NCBI GenBank assembly: GCA_900617105.1
Contig: UYFQ01000335.1
Location: 1 to 64,000 of the forward strand
Length of the DNA stretch: 64,000 nt
Reading direction: 5' to 3'
Source: Hydrurus foetidus
Taxonomy: Eukaryota
This document shows positions 49,953-64,000 of the stretch, piece after piece. The notes beneath the pieces were generated by a model. It worked only from the letters and a program-made list of their open reading frames with translations. It was not told the DNA's origin and did not search any database. Made by a program: the position numbers and the translations under genes. How positions within the stretch are numbered: position 1 is the first letter of the stretch; every line of letters starts with the position of its first letter.

Positions 49953-52900
49953 ATGGAGACAGCTACTGATTATCTCGCCGATGACAGCTTCAGTTTGCTC
50001 TTCGGTACCGACGTAACAACAGCAGCCGCCCTGGATGAGTTTGAGACAATGATAAATTCCCCGAAGGCCAACGCAGAATTTGAGGCAGCTATGAACGCCA
50101 TGTCGCCGAAAGGCTCGCAGCAGATGGAGAATGATGCATCATCACCTATGGAGCTGGCAGATTTTTACATGATGTTGAGGTCGCCGAGAGCTTATTCGGC
50201 TACTACCTCACCAACCCCGATGACTTTACTATCTCCAAAGAAGTTTGATCAGATGATGCAGGACGATGCGTTTGCAGAGTCCCAATTTCATATGCTTCTG
50301 AGATCGCCCAAGGTTTACACGAACAATTCTGCATCAAAATTGATAAAGAAATCACACAAGAAAGCAACACCAGCGAGGCGGAATTTATATCTTGAAACTT
50401 CACCAATCCGTGACAAGGAATCTGTTAGTACTGAAATTGATGTCGTGCCACTAATCGATTCTCAAGGCTCTAGTCCCCAAAGAAAATCTGACATGATTGC
50501 GCCTTCAACGAACATCAACAAGAATAAATTAGTCAAAGATTACAGGACCAATCCAGCCAAATCGTCCTCCGTGTCCAATCCATCGGCAACAATCAGTGCT
50601 AGACGTTCCTTTCGATCACTGTCAATATCAACAAGTATTTCTGATTCGTCATCTCCAAAAATATCAGCAGTTGGAAAAGTTCCTAAGAGAAGTCACATTG
50701 TAAAATTACGCAGACCCACAGTACCGGTAACTCCAAAATTGAAATGTGAAATTAGATCTCAGACTCATCCTAAGATACTGACGAGTGAGGAGAGGTTAAT
50801 TCTTGAACTTGAAGAAGCGAAGAATGAAGAACGCCAACGTGTGCAGAAGGCGAAGAAAGTTTTTCTGTGGGTAAAACATCACTCAATTTCATTGAATACA
50901 CAGATAAAATCAAAGAAAGAACTGACAATGCCAACCACACCAGTCAGTTATTTGATGAAAAGAAAGGGACGTAAGATATGTTCACTTGTAACTGGTGCTA
51001 TTGTAAAGGAAGAAAAGCCGGTTGATGAATCTCATCTGTCGGTTACACAGTTCGAACCCTTTACATTCGCAACTGACGTACGCTTTAAACCACCAACAGG
51101 TATAATCCGAAAATAAGAATTCTACATCATTTCTGTGTAATGTATGTTGAATTTTAGTGGCTTATTCCGTTGATGCAGATTTTGCGTTTCAGAGAATGCA
51201 TATGTACAGCAGTTTAATTCACTGATGTGACAATAACCACTGTGGGAACAATCGAACATCTATCACATAACATATCAATCGTTTATCTAGTGCTTCTAAC
51301 AAAATTGCATTTACAAATACGCCAAAAGAACAATTAATTTATGTACGATTTATGTACGGAAATACCTCTAGATCGGTGTGCGAAGAGTCCCGGAATTAGC
51401 ACTGCTGAAGCCGCGGCTAAATTCTTCGGAGACTCCAGATCGCACGGTGCCCCAAAGGGTTACAACAGCAACATCACAGAGGTACAGAAAAATCGAATTT
51501 ATTTTTCATGTTTTTTGTGTTGTAGCTGCAGTACAACAGTGATGATAATTATTATTAGTGATGACAATCATCATTAGTGATGATAATTATCACTAATGAT
51601 TATTATTGTTATTCGTTGATGCGTAGTGCTAGATGTTCTGATAAAAATATCCTGATATCTCTCACATTCTCCCACTTCTCCGACGAAACAAAACAGCCTG
51701 TTACACCGCATTTCAAAACGGATCAAAGGGCCCGGGACATTTCTCGTCCCAAAGCCCTAAGCACTGAACAGATGCAAGAACTGGAATTCAAAAAAATGCA
51801 AAGTGAAGGATTCAAGGCAAGACCGGTGGACAAAAGAATATTCCAATCTACGGGAGAATTAGGTGGGTTTGAGTGCTTATTTAGTGTGAGATTGATAATT
51901 TTGGAATTGTGTTATTTACTGTGTGGACCGGACACAGAGTATATTTTGTGGGAGTCAAGTGGCGTAAGAAGGGTGGTGTTCTTAATTCTTCATGCTTTAT
52001 TTATGTTGAATAAAAAAACGGGTTTTTAACGGCATTATTTTAGTATTTTGAGGCGCAGTACGTGCAATTGATGTACTTGCAACTATATTTCCTAATCAAA
52101 GAAAACTGCCCACACTTAGTTTTTCGAAGAAAGCAGCACTGATCATCAATGTCTAAAATTATCAATGTCTAATAGCAAATTCAACAAGAAAAATTCAACG
52201 CTATTTCGATTTTTCTCACTGCAGGTGTGCCAAAAGTGTCTGCAAGGAAGGGCACTGAATTTGATCTCTTCGATCTGCGCTGTGGACAAAGATCAGCAGC
52301 ACCGGTCACATCCACTGGTGAAGAGCAGGAGAACTCCTTCACGTTCAAAGCGAGGCCGATGCCCACTTATTCGGATATGGTGAGATATCCGTGTTATTCT
52401 CATTTTTTTTGGATATTTCGTATATTCCCAAAACAGAATGAAATGTCCGAGAATGCACACGAATTTAAGGTTGAAATGTAGTGATTTAACTCAAAGTTGT
52501 TTTCAGTCTGCGTTTCGGACGTTTTATTCTGTTTCGGTAAAACACAATTAACAAGACTCAAAATTGCTGCATTTCTATAAACAACACTCAACATTCGTAA
52601 TAAAATGTCAACAGCAAAATACAAATAGCTCATTTCACTGTAAATTCGAGAATAATTGTATTCCTGAAAACATCTTTCAGATCGCTCGGACCCTTTCTGA
52701 AAATTACACACCCACCATTGCCAAGAGCCCCAAGATGTCCGGGGGAGGGAGAGCATCGTCAGCACCAGCTCGCAGACAAATGGCGCATCACTCGATTATA
52801 GAAGAGGTACGTGCCTTCAAAAGATTAGCATTGTAGAATTGCACCCAATTCACTTCCGGTATCGCAATCTGCGGTATCATGTATAGCTTCCTACTCCTAC

Positions 52901-55330
52901 TGCTGACAAGACATAGTAGAATGAACCCTACATGCGCAATTTTGTGCCACCTAGGAGACGATATGACGTGACAATGAATGATAGAGCGCGACACTTTCCC
53001 CCTTCTTTTCGTTTTCATTTTTTTCATTTTCGTTTTTTTCATTTGCATTTTTCATGTTTAGGAGAAAAGGGTTGCCACCATGAAAGCCCTTCACCCCGCC
53101 ATGGTTCAACTGACTCTGACGCACCCGAAGGAATTCCGACTGGAGACAGAGGATCGAGGGCTGACGCACAGGGCGCACAGAGAACAGGTGCCATTATGCA
53201 GAACCAAATAGTGGAATCTTTTGAGATGAACTGCGAGAGAGATTGTGTTGCCTTAAGGGCTATTTTTGTGTGCGAAAATATGATAGCTCTATGCAGTCGT
53301 GACTCTGACATTCTCAATCAACTTTTGTTCAACACAGAGGCAAAGGTTGGAGTTGGCCGAAGAAAATGCAGCTCGTAACATACGTGCCAACAAAATGCCC
53401 GTGCAGACAAAGGCATATGAAGTCGTACATTCTTCCAGAGAACTCACTGGTACGTGCATGGTTTACTTACTCATCTTTTTTCGTAAGATCCTATTTATCT
53501 TATTTTGGGCTTGAAATGGTACGGTTGTGAAAGAATCTCAAGAAAAAAGTAACGAAAGTGTGGCGGATGACAACGTATTTACTATACAAATAGTCATCAC
53601 ACATATAGAAATACGGATCCAACAATCTTCACTGAAAATAATTTGTTGAATTACGCGGCTTATTATGGCACATTACGTCCGACATTAAAAAAGACAATCT
53701 CGTACGCACTACACACTACATTTCAGAATTCAAGGAGTTCAAGTTGAAGTCTCTCGTGCGTCACAGCACTGACGTCATGCAGCAGTCCAAACTTCAAGTT
53801 GAAGAAAATGAGAAAAACTCAAAGGTAAATTAGTTTTTTTAGTTTGGCTGAGTTTTACGAGATGAGAAAGACTCCTGTTTTTATTTAAGCGTGCTGTGGA
53901 ATATTTCGTATTTTACGATGAATCCTGGATTCTGTACTGTGCATGCACAAATACAAATTAGATGTTAATAATTCGTTCTTTTTGCTGTTCACTTTTTATT
54001 ATTCTCTAGAAAACGCAATTTCAAGCGAGATCTCTTCCTCGCTCCACATTCGAACCAGACTTTGTCGTTGAACTGGAGAACAAACCTCCCACTGTTTCGA
54101 AACATGTTATTTTGGAATCTGATACGAGGGCTATCAGAAGGTTCGTAAAAGTGATTTTGATTACTTTTGAAGTTTTTTAGGCGCAGTTTTTGCATCTCCT
54201 ACAATGATACCGGATAAAATCTTTCCTATTCATTCTTCAGTTTAAGCGTCATTTTTTAATTTAAACTTTACATAATTTTACATTTTTTATTCTAATTCAC
54301 TTCAATATTTCCTCGTGAATTGATTTTTATTGCGGAATTAATATTTCATATTGCGGAATCTAACCACGACTCGACCTCAGATCCTCTGACTTCCAAATGT
54401 ATTCAATTTGATTTTATTCCTGTCTGCACTTCTTTCTGTGACTCAATGAAGACGAGAATTCGATGAGATGATGGCGGCGAAAATGATCGAAATCGAGGGA
54501 CTGAGAGAGTCCGCCGCAAGAATGAAGTTAGAGGCGGAGAACAAAAAAATAAAGTGAGTCAATGGGACTAGAGATCAAATAAAGTGCAGCACTAACTGTT
54601 TTTCTCCCTGGTGAATTCTTCCAAGTCCGGTGCAGCTGGATTTCCTTCATGTTGCACATTGGTATTTATCACAGTAACATTCTCAATTTTATTCGGATAC
54701 GCTATAACTCAACAATATCATGTCCAATGACGACCTATCAGGAGCCTTCGAAAGATGTCAATTGACGAGGGCGGTATGTCCTTCCGTGCCTCCTCTATTC
54801 TCACCAAAGACCCTTACCCCGCTAGGTGCATCGCAGCGGCACCACTCACAGGTAAACATTAAAATTTCATTTCCCGTGAATAGTTAGGTCAACTTTTGCC
54901 ACGACATTTTATTTTTATTTTTTTAATTGAAAGAGCAAACCTTGCACAAATCATAGAATGACTGACATCTTACGATTCCCCTCTATTTTCGTTCATTTTT
55001 AGAGCCTAAATCTCCGGCTTTCCAGACGATGATTCGGAGGTACGTACGTACAGTGTGCTAAATGTTTTGTGGAATATTCTTCTTAAGAACACATGAACTG
55101 AATACCAAATCTGTGTATTGTTGAGTCAAAGAGGTGACACGATGCAGTCATATTTGATACTGATCTAACTACATACACTTGAATTAGTTCCACACAAAAA
55201 TTGGACTGTAATATACGTGATCAAAATGATGTGACGAATAAATCGATGACTCGATGTAACAATCGTTCCTTCACACGTACACAGAACTTCCAGGGAAGTT
55301 GAAATCGCAGCTGCGCTCAAAGACATGTGA
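49953..55330 (+). CDS. TPX2: TPX2-like spindle assembly/microtubule-binding protein, multi-exon
   Basis: Repeated TPX2-type motifs: FEPFTFATDVR, TPHFKTDQR, FKARP (x2), GELGVPKV, PKEFRLETEDR, EFKLKS, FKAR, TEPKSP; many S/T-P CDK-type sites. Confidence 0.8.
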
Positions 55331-56072
55331 AACGTTTTCCAGTGAAAATCAGTGAGAAAGAACAAAACCGAAAAAATAAAGTAGTATAAAGTAAAATCCA
55401 TGTTGAAGAATCGTTTTTCTGTCGTAATCAAAATCCGTAAATAGTCTGCAGTTTCGATGTGGCTTAAAATTCTTTTCAATTTGACAGTAAATTGAGTTTG
55501 AAATAAAGTTGAAAATTTAGTTAGACTTGAATTACGAGGAAAATGATTTTTTAAATATAATTGAAATATTCAAAAACGTTTCGGACAAATTATCTGCACT
55601 ATATGTTTTCATTTTATTTGCACATTCGTAAAATACGAAGTATGATAACACAATTCCGAAACACCCAACTTTTCTTTGTTTTTCGAGGATGTATCTATTT
55701 TCTGGGTCTATTTAAAAAGAGGCAATTTCCATCTTCTTCAAGGATAGATGATATAGCATGAATCTGAGTGATATCATGAGAAATAGTGGGGGTGAGCTGA
55801 TGAAGCCACGCTGTCTGGCCTTATGGAACCATCTGAAGCGTCGCACTCGTGCACTGCCTACAGACTGCAGTGATAATGCACATGGCTACGTGTGTATCTA
55901 AATGTACCGAGCTTAGTACTGCATCGTTGTGACAGTCGGCTGATGATGTCTATCCCTGGTGGATTGCTACGTTTTGAGGACAAGGGGAATTCACGAAACA
56001 TATCCAACGCATGCGATTCTGCCATGTCCAAGACAATTTACTCAGTGATTTTCTATGTAAGCAACATCTACT

Positions 56073-56640
56073 TCATTTTAGATCGCTGTTAAGCTCGTAA
56101 ACATACAGAGGCCATTCTGCATCAGCATGCTTGCTTGTTTTCACTTTTACAATTTGAATGGGAGCTACGCTGCTGGGGAAAGGACTCATGTATGTAACGA
56201 CACGTACTCTGCGAGGAATCTTCTCCAGAAGGGGCAGAATCAGCTTCAATCCTCTAGGAACCAGATAAAGAAATACTGCAGTCGCGGATGAGTAATCCTG
56301 TAATCAGTAGTTGCAAAGATTACATCAGTATATGCAGAGCGTAGATTAGGCTGCAGAATGACATTTTTACCTGATCAAGGGCATTTCCTGTGATTACAGA
56401 GCACTGTGAATCTGAGTATCCGAGGTCAATCATATTTTGACGTGCTGCAGCAGACCGCTGGACGTCGATCTCGATACCAATGCAGCAGGCCCCTGAACTA
56501 ACATAACATTCTTGAATGAATCTGCAGTCCCCAGCACCAATGTCGAAGAGTATATCTTTATCACTCAGGTTCAGGTGATGGATGGCAGCCTCTATGACCT
56601 CCGGAGGTGTCGACCACAATTTCTTTCGGGGTGCAATCAT
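56073..56640 (-). CDS. Small class I SAM-dependent methyltransferase (FAM173-like), 2 exons
   Basis: STPPEVI...DIGAGDCRF...GIEID; exon 2 ATAVFLYLVPRGL...VVTYMSPF. Confidence 0.85.
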
Positions 56641-57303
56641 CTTCAACTTCGCATCTTTTTGTCACGAATAGAATTGAGTTTGTCAAGCAGTTGAACACTG
56701 CTTGACAGACTCGATTGATGAGATGAAAGCTCTCCGAGCGTCGTGTACCTAAATATATACGCCACGCCCCATTGTTGGATGATGATGCCTACTGGCGAAT
56801 TGGATGAATCAGCATCAAAAATGTTGAAACCGTCGGGACGGACAGTGTGTACATTCTGGGACAGGGTTCCACACTTTGATTGCAATACTTTAAAAGAGAA
56901 CCGTCTGAGGATCATGTCAGCAACAGGGTCGCAAGTCTTGATGAAGATTATGTCGTGCTTCAGTGTTAGATAACAGCTGACCGATGTAGCGAGTTATATA
57001 GATTCGAACTCCAGATAACTAGATTGTTTGGATGAGCATGAGTCAACTTGAATATGTAAAATGTAACTCGTGAGCAACCTGTTATGGATGTTTATTGCAG
57101 CGAGAAAATAAAATCGTAGATGTACCAAGTGAATAATAATGCGTATCTTATCGACAATCATTTTCAATAAGTACTGATATACAGTTTGTAACAGTAGCAA
57201 GAAAACTAAACGATTCTGAAAGGATTAATAATTAAAATACGTACTTGCGTACGTCATTCACATCAGACTGCTGCAAATACTTCGCTGCTATGAAGACTTG
57301 ACA

Positions 57304-60300
57304 TTATTTAACAGGAGTTAGCAGGCTGCTGGCTGCACTGTGCCCGGCCAACCAACCAGCCGTCCAAGCCGACTGAAAGTTGTACCCCCCGGTAACCCCG
57401 TCTATATCGAGAACTTCTCCGGCTAAATACAGACCCTGGACCACCTTAGATTCCATGGTGTCAAAAGAGACCTTTGGGGATGACAAGGTAATCGTTAGGA
57501 ATGAGAACAAGTCCATTGTCGGGTTGATAGATGACAGTACGGAATACGACTATATATATTACATTGATAGCTTTGGAGGCCATTCTTAATGATAACTTAA
57601 GCGAGGGTTACAGATGAAAGCAGTCCACTATGTAAATAACGTATCATGTATCACATATCACACATCATCCAAACAGAGCAGAACAGAGCAGTGACGGTTT
57701 CGCTCACTTCTTTTAGTGGCACGCCTCCGCACGTCACGAACTCGTCCCGATACATCCCACGGCCTGCACGGTGCATTACGGTATAATAATAATCAAAGAT
57801 TTGTCAGTATCATGAAGTTGCAAGATATGAGAATGTAGTGAGAAAAGCATCATTGAAGAATTGGTATTTTTTTGAAGAACAAAAAATGAGAAATGATTTA
57901 GGTGAAAAGTTAAAACGAAATAAAACAGATTAGCAGATACAGCAAAATCAATAATATGACGGGAAATTGCAGTGATTGGTAGGCACGTGATAAACATGAG
58001 CACTTACCGGTTACCGAGTATCTCCCGGTAAGGAGTTGAGCCACGACCTTGTTCATTTCTACCTTGGTAACTTTCTCCCACCTACGATAGAATGGTGGAG
58101 ATGGAGATCAGCAGTGATGGATTAAATTGATTGAATGGTGAAAATAACTGGTGCAAGAGGTGCTGCGATTGAGATCAGTGTAAAGTGAGAACAAAAAAAT
58201 AAGAATGCAGTATGGACTCAAACAGCTTAAGCAAAAACAACATAAAAGGAAAAGAAATTATTGTAGTGTAAGAAGAACAGAAAGGAAAACAATTTACTTG
58301 ATAGATGTTTGCTTCGAATTCGCGTATTCAAAGAGCTGTATTGCGCATGATATATAGTATTTTAGATCAATAATTAAGTACGAAATTCAGGACAGTCTTG
58401 AGGCCGGAGCAATCAGCAATCCACACAGCAGTTGTGATCAAATGAATCTCGTTATCTCTCGGGTCAATAATTGGAGTGAGTACGTACTTTATGTCTGTAG
58501 CTATTTCGCATCTGCCCAGAATGTAGTTCCAGAGTCTCTTCGTAAGTACGCCACGTGCGTTCTGCCCCACCCCCTCCTGCCCCCCCTCTCTGCCCCCCTC
58601 CCCTTCTTCCTCTCCATCTCCCTCCCCTGTGCTGTAGTCGTGCACGTATGTTAGCGGGTCTTCTTCTGTGTACGTGATGACGTCATCGGGTTCCAGCATA
58701 AGGGACTCGGGGACAGGGGGAAACCCCTTCGCCATCATCCTGAGAAATGAAAAAAAGAAGAAATCATCCAGCCAGAATCAAAATATCATGCTTTTAATTT
58801 TGAAGTGCTTTCATTTGGCTATCTTTAAGTCATATGATTGTATTCCGGTACTTCTGCTATTTTCTTAAATCACTTATTGCATTCTAGACCGTAGGTACCA
58901 TCTAAATACAGAATACAGAATATAAAACATAGAAGACAGAACACACAAAACTCAGCACACGAAAGATAGAAACGGCAGTTCACATTACCGTGTGGGATGT
59001 CTATCCTTCTCCCTCCACAAATGTTGGAACAGATCTTCGGGAGTCACGTCTGGGATCCAGCAAACTTCAACTTCAAATCTTAGTGGTAGTGGGACGAGGT
59101 TGTGGGAGGGATAGGGTAGATATGAAGTGAAGATGCGAGAGGGGAGAAGAGGGGAAAGGGTGAATTGGTAGTTGGGTGGGTGGTCGGGTGAGGCGTGTTG
59201 GTGATGGAGAGCACAGGAACTTGATATGATGATGATTCCCCGCTTCGATTTGTCTTCTCTTCGTTCGATTTCTGATTTTTCTTCTGATCGGCTTCGGGCG
59301 CCTCACGATTTCTTCTCTTCTTCTCTTCCCTTTCTTCTCCTTCTCTCTTCTCTTTCTCTCTTCTTTTCCTTCTCTTCCTTTTTCTTCTCTTCTCTTCTCT
59401 TCTCTTGACCAACATCCTCTCTATATCCGTCTTTCTTCCCTGTTACCCTTCTCCTCCCTCCAACCCTCCCTCTCTTCCTCCTTATTCTAAAGATTTTCAT
59501 AGCCCTCCCTTTTCGCTCTATTTCTCTATTCAAGCACATGCGTCCATTTCAAAATGAAATCAAGCACGCCCCAGAAAACATGTTCTTATTTTTCTTCTCC
59601 ATTGAATTTCTCAGCGTGGAAGATGATAAATTGAGTAGCATTGTATTGAAGTGCAGTATAGAATGGGGTGATATAGCACTGAATGATGCACTATAATTTA
59701 GTTCAGTGTGATATGGTACAGAATCTAATGGTATCATACAAAGCAGTATATCATAGTATAGCATAATGTAGTGTACGTACTTGTAACCCATGGCTGCCAT
59801 CACTTTGGCACCGAATGCTGACAAGCGCAAAGCTGCTGGGCCGCTGAATCCTGACGGTAGAAGAAAATGAAGGGAATAGCAGGTCAAAGGGGAAAAGGGG
59901 AGGGACAATAGGAAATGTAAGAAAGTAGGAAGAAAAGACTATTTACGATTTAGAAAGTGTGCGGAAGAAGTACGTCCGTGTGATAGATGTAAAGATACCA
60001 TTACATCAATTACATTAAGAATGAATACTAACAAATAGATCTGAATGTAATAAAAAAGATGGGAAGTGTTTTCAATAACTTCAGACCTTGATGTGAGATC
60101 AGCAGAGCTCCTTTCTGAGTGAGCAGAGGGAGACTGTGAGGACGAGCCAGATGCTTGTCAGGACCTTTAAATCGTGTATAATATTGTCAGTTCTACGCTT
60201 CTTTCATTGATGTCATTCAAAGCACGCGATATTGACAATTCTTGTGATATAAATCGAGTCAAAAATGTGTGCGCTATTATACAATACACCGTAACGGACG

Positions 60301-60496
60301 CATTCTGTGCAATGTACAGTAAAAATGGAAGCACACATGAATACTTAACAATCAACAATTTCTTCAATTTGTATATATAGGATTATGAACAATTAAATTA
60401 CAAAAGAGACAATATGTGATTCAATAAGCGTTTGGAAGAATGGCACTAAATCAATAAAGAAATGATAGTTAGTAATCGTAAATAGAAAGAATGAAA

Positions 60497-60539
<43 letters not shown>

Positions 60540-62890
60540 AGAACAAAAAAGAAAGAAAGAAGGAAAGAAACAATGATGGAAAGTAAGAAGTCAAATAAGA
60601 CCTGTCCCTCAATAACCGTTTAGTAACATAAAAAGATTAAGAACTCATCTAGTAGACACTATACATAAAACAATTAAAATCTAAGACAATTGTTACCTTT
60701 CATGAATTCTTTAGATATCATAAGCTTTACCGTACTGTGTTGAACGGACACTCCGGCTAATTCGTGCAACGGTTTCTCCTACAATTAGAAATATGAAAAA
60801 TGAGAGTTTGCGGTGTTGTTTAGATTACAAACAGACGGAAAGTGCCTGTAATAGATGTTACGGTTGCAGTCAAAGAGACAATGTCGCTGCCACAACTAAA
60901 TACATATACCATATCATCGATTCACTTTTATCAATTAACATTGACTGTAATATTGATCACAGTAGTCTACTTGATAAAACGAATAATGTATGATATCCGT
61001 TAAAAGCGAAAGTAACACTAACCGGTATTTTGAAGGAAAACAAAGAAGGCAGAGGACTGACTAGTGTGTGCCCCAATCCTCGCAGCATCTCATATCCGAT
61101 CCTGTGAACAATTGCAGGATAAATAATTAGTATAATGCATATTGGAGATTTTTCTTTTGGTGTAGTTATCACTCATAAAATGTAAGAAGTGGTGATTACG
61201 TTAGCGTGAATGAAGTGACTTTCGACTGACAAAAATGATTGCAAATGGTGGCTTTCTGTGTATGAATAAAACCCCTATTACCTCGATCCCCCTGTGGCGA
61301 ATATCACTTTATCGCATACCAAACTTTTCTCCTCTTTCACTCTCCCACCACCTTCATCATCTTCATCCTCCCCGCTATTTGTTTTACTATTCTTGCTGTC
61401 TATTTTACTATTTTTCATAGTGTCGAATACAGCGGATGTCGAAGTGACATACGACACCACAAATTGGCTGGGAATCACATTAATCTCCTTGATTTTATTC
61501 TTCGATTTCCCGGCTAAAATAGGACTATTTGTGACAGTTGTCGTAGTTTCAAGAGGAATTGATAGCGGAATCATCGGATCCTGGACCGATGATTCCAGAG
61601 AGGCGATCAGCGGCACAGACTGTATGCCCGTCACTCTTGCCCCACATTTAACATCCACTGAATATTGCTTGGCAGCTTTTTCTAATATCTCAGTTATTGA
61701 CGATGACCTGCATTGCATGCGAATGTATTTTGAAGTAGAAGGGAAGTAATGTGGAGTTGAGAGTTGTCCGGAGATCAAAGCACGTATTTTATTACTGATC
61801 CACTCTAATGCTCGGCTGTGAACGACAATGGACAGACACTAATTTTGAAAAGCGTGCGTGCATTGTCATTGACAGGTGGGTTCAGCATAAAAGCTGATCG
61901 GTAATAAGACATGTGCTTTGAGATGTACGGTAAGCCCAATTAACTATGACGGATTATGACACATTATACGGCTGCTGTACAGTTTACCTGTCAGTAGTTG
62001 GAAATACTCTACCATCTTTCTCAGTTTTTAAATCTACGCCACGAGAAGAAAACCAGTCGTATGTTTCCCATGGTCCGAACTTCGCAGAAAGGGGTCCTAA
62101 GAGTTCTTTACTCCCTCTGGGGTATCCCTATAAACAATGTAGAACATTCTTCAGAACAATTCAAAGAACATTCTTAAGAACATTCTTAAGAACATTCCTA
62201 TGAACTTTCCTAACAGTGGTTCTAGATTCAATGAAGAGATATTCACAATTGCTATTGACATGGAGTGCATCATTAAGAACGTACCTTTGATATTTCAACT
62301 GGACCTTTCATCGGATTGTGCATCACGTTACATCTTCCTCCACCTACACACGTTGAGTACGATTTGCGATGCATCTATTTACCTCTCATCATCTTATTCT
62401 CTGATTTATTATTTGCTGAGGAGATTTGAATAGCTTGCTTGAAGAGTTGCTTCACAAAATTCATCAATATTACAGGAAAAATAGACATTTACAGGAGTAG
62501 AAATTGCAAACCTGATATTAGTACTTTTGTCAGAGGCTTCTGTCCTGCTTCAAGAACAATCACCTGCGAACAGAGCCGCGATTGATTAAAGTCACCTTCA
62601 GATGCTGAAGTAACAGAAAATTTCATGTATGGTCTGCACGATTCAATGAATGATAGATATACCTCATATCTCACGCTAGGTGATCCATCTGATTTCCTCT
62701 GACTCTCACTCAGCAATTTGGCGCATTCAATAGCACTGAAGTAGCCAGCTGCACCACCACCGATGACAACAACAAGCTTCGTTGATTGTGCAGCCTTTGC
62801 TGCAGATGATGACAGTCTTGCACTGGAAGTCAGCATCCTTGTTGTGATGTGTATCCCCAGTAACATGTTCAGAATAAGTGCTGTCTTCAT
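57304..62890 (-). CDS. HI0933/BaiN/YhiN-family NAD(P)/FAD oxidoreductase, multi-exon
   Basis: [65 protein letters not shown]. Confidence 0.93.
60494..60540 (+). repeat. (AAAT)n microsatellite, intronic
   Basis: ~11 perfect units. Confidence 0.9.
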
Positions 62891-63774
62891 GGACAGCTCT
62901 ATCTCTGGAAGAAAAGTCTTTGGGGAACTTGTTCACTCCGGAGTGGCTAACGAAAGTTCTGCTATTGTTGATTGCTTCCGGATTTGATGGTGGAACTTAG
63001 ATGCTGTGTTCTTCTACTTTACTCTCTCTTAATGAACCGCTCTCACGCAAAAGGGGCTGCTATGAGAGCAAACTAAGATCCTCAGATGCAAATAGAGGTC
63101 AAATGGCACTTGTTGAAGGAATACAATGTGAAATGTGGAGTTCTCACTTGGAACTGTGGAAGAGATCAATTCGTTGGTGTAAATAGTAAATACCGTCGAG
63201 TGCCATATGTTTTGTATTTTTTTATGGTATTAGGGCTTTTTGACTCTCTCAAAATCACGGTTATGAAATTTTGTCGAGACTTCCGGAAAAAAATATCTCA
63301 GTTAGCGAAGTGTCTCACGATAATCTGATAAAAGATTCGGATTCAGCGCAATTTTTTAAGGTAGATGGCTTATTTCAATTTCCATAAATGCTTTTGTGGG
63401 TCGAGAAATACAGCTCCGCCGGTACCGACTCCGATCACAGCAGCTCAATTTGCAGCCGCTGCACTTTTCTGAGACATTGTCCACCATAATAAATTCTGTA
63501 GAGAATTGATTTCCCTACTCGAATTGTCAATAAAGTCGTGAAACGAACGGTGGGATTTCATAAAATTTGCCAAAAACTATCGAAAAAAACGAAATCGGCG
63601 AAAACGAAATACAAAACATATGGCACTCGACGGTAGTGCGCGCACGTACGACAGCTACTCGTACAGTACACTTCATTTGAACTGTCGACACTCTAACTTC
63701 TGACTCCTTCTCTCGTTGCTTATTGATTGTGAGTTGCAATCTCTATATTTGAGAAATGACTTGCCCTTGCTGGG

Positions 63775-64000
63775 ATGGAGCTGTCCGAAAGGAAACAAAA
63801 TGACTGTGGGTTGACGTGTTCATCATTTTCCCTCTCGAACTTCTCACTTAGTGGTCTTAGTACATCATTAAGCTGTAGACTGTAGAAGTTCTGAGATGAA
63901 AAGAAAGCAAGTAGAGCTGACCAATACTCGAGTAGTATGTCATATTGACATGGATTGCTTCTACGTTCAAGTGGAGAGGGGCATTAATCCAAAATTGCTG
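63775..64000 (+). CDS. Y-family DNA polymerase (eta/iota-like), 5' end, partial
   Basis: From 63896: MKRKQVELTNTRVVCHIDMDCFYVQVE (Y-family motif I). Possible short first exon from ATG 63775. Confidence 0.85.

Overview
Intron-rich eukaryotic genomic DNA, probably from a flagellated stramenopile (chrysophyte-like; inferred from gene content and element types, not proven). The first ~12.8 kb is a nest of mobile elements. An LTR retrotransposon (family A, tRNA-iMet-type PBS) sits inside a pogo-like DD39D DNA transposon (T1). T1 abuts a second, identical family-A LTR fragment, which itself interrupts a related DNA transposon (T2). Next comes a complete but defective Ty1/copia element (TSD CACAG) whose 5' LTR carries two stacked MITEs, then a third MITE. 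The rest is host genes: TTC7/Ypp1-like TPR protein, V-ATPase subunit a (19 exons), histidine acid phosphatase, syntaxin-18, EFCAB2/DRC8, a Kelch protein, TPX2-like, a small SAM methyltransferase, an HI0933/BaiN flavoprotein, two unknown genes and the start of a Y-family DNA polymerase. Three signals stand out. (1) The copia element lacks a canonical tRNA PBS; instead the 10 nt abutting the LTR are perfectly complementary to a site inside its own LTR, suggesting Tf1-like self-priming. (2) T1 carries a second, convergent gene that encodes only a paralogue of the transposase DNA-binding region. (3) Retrotransposon and DNA transposon alternate in the nest. All calls come from manual reading; no database searches were run.
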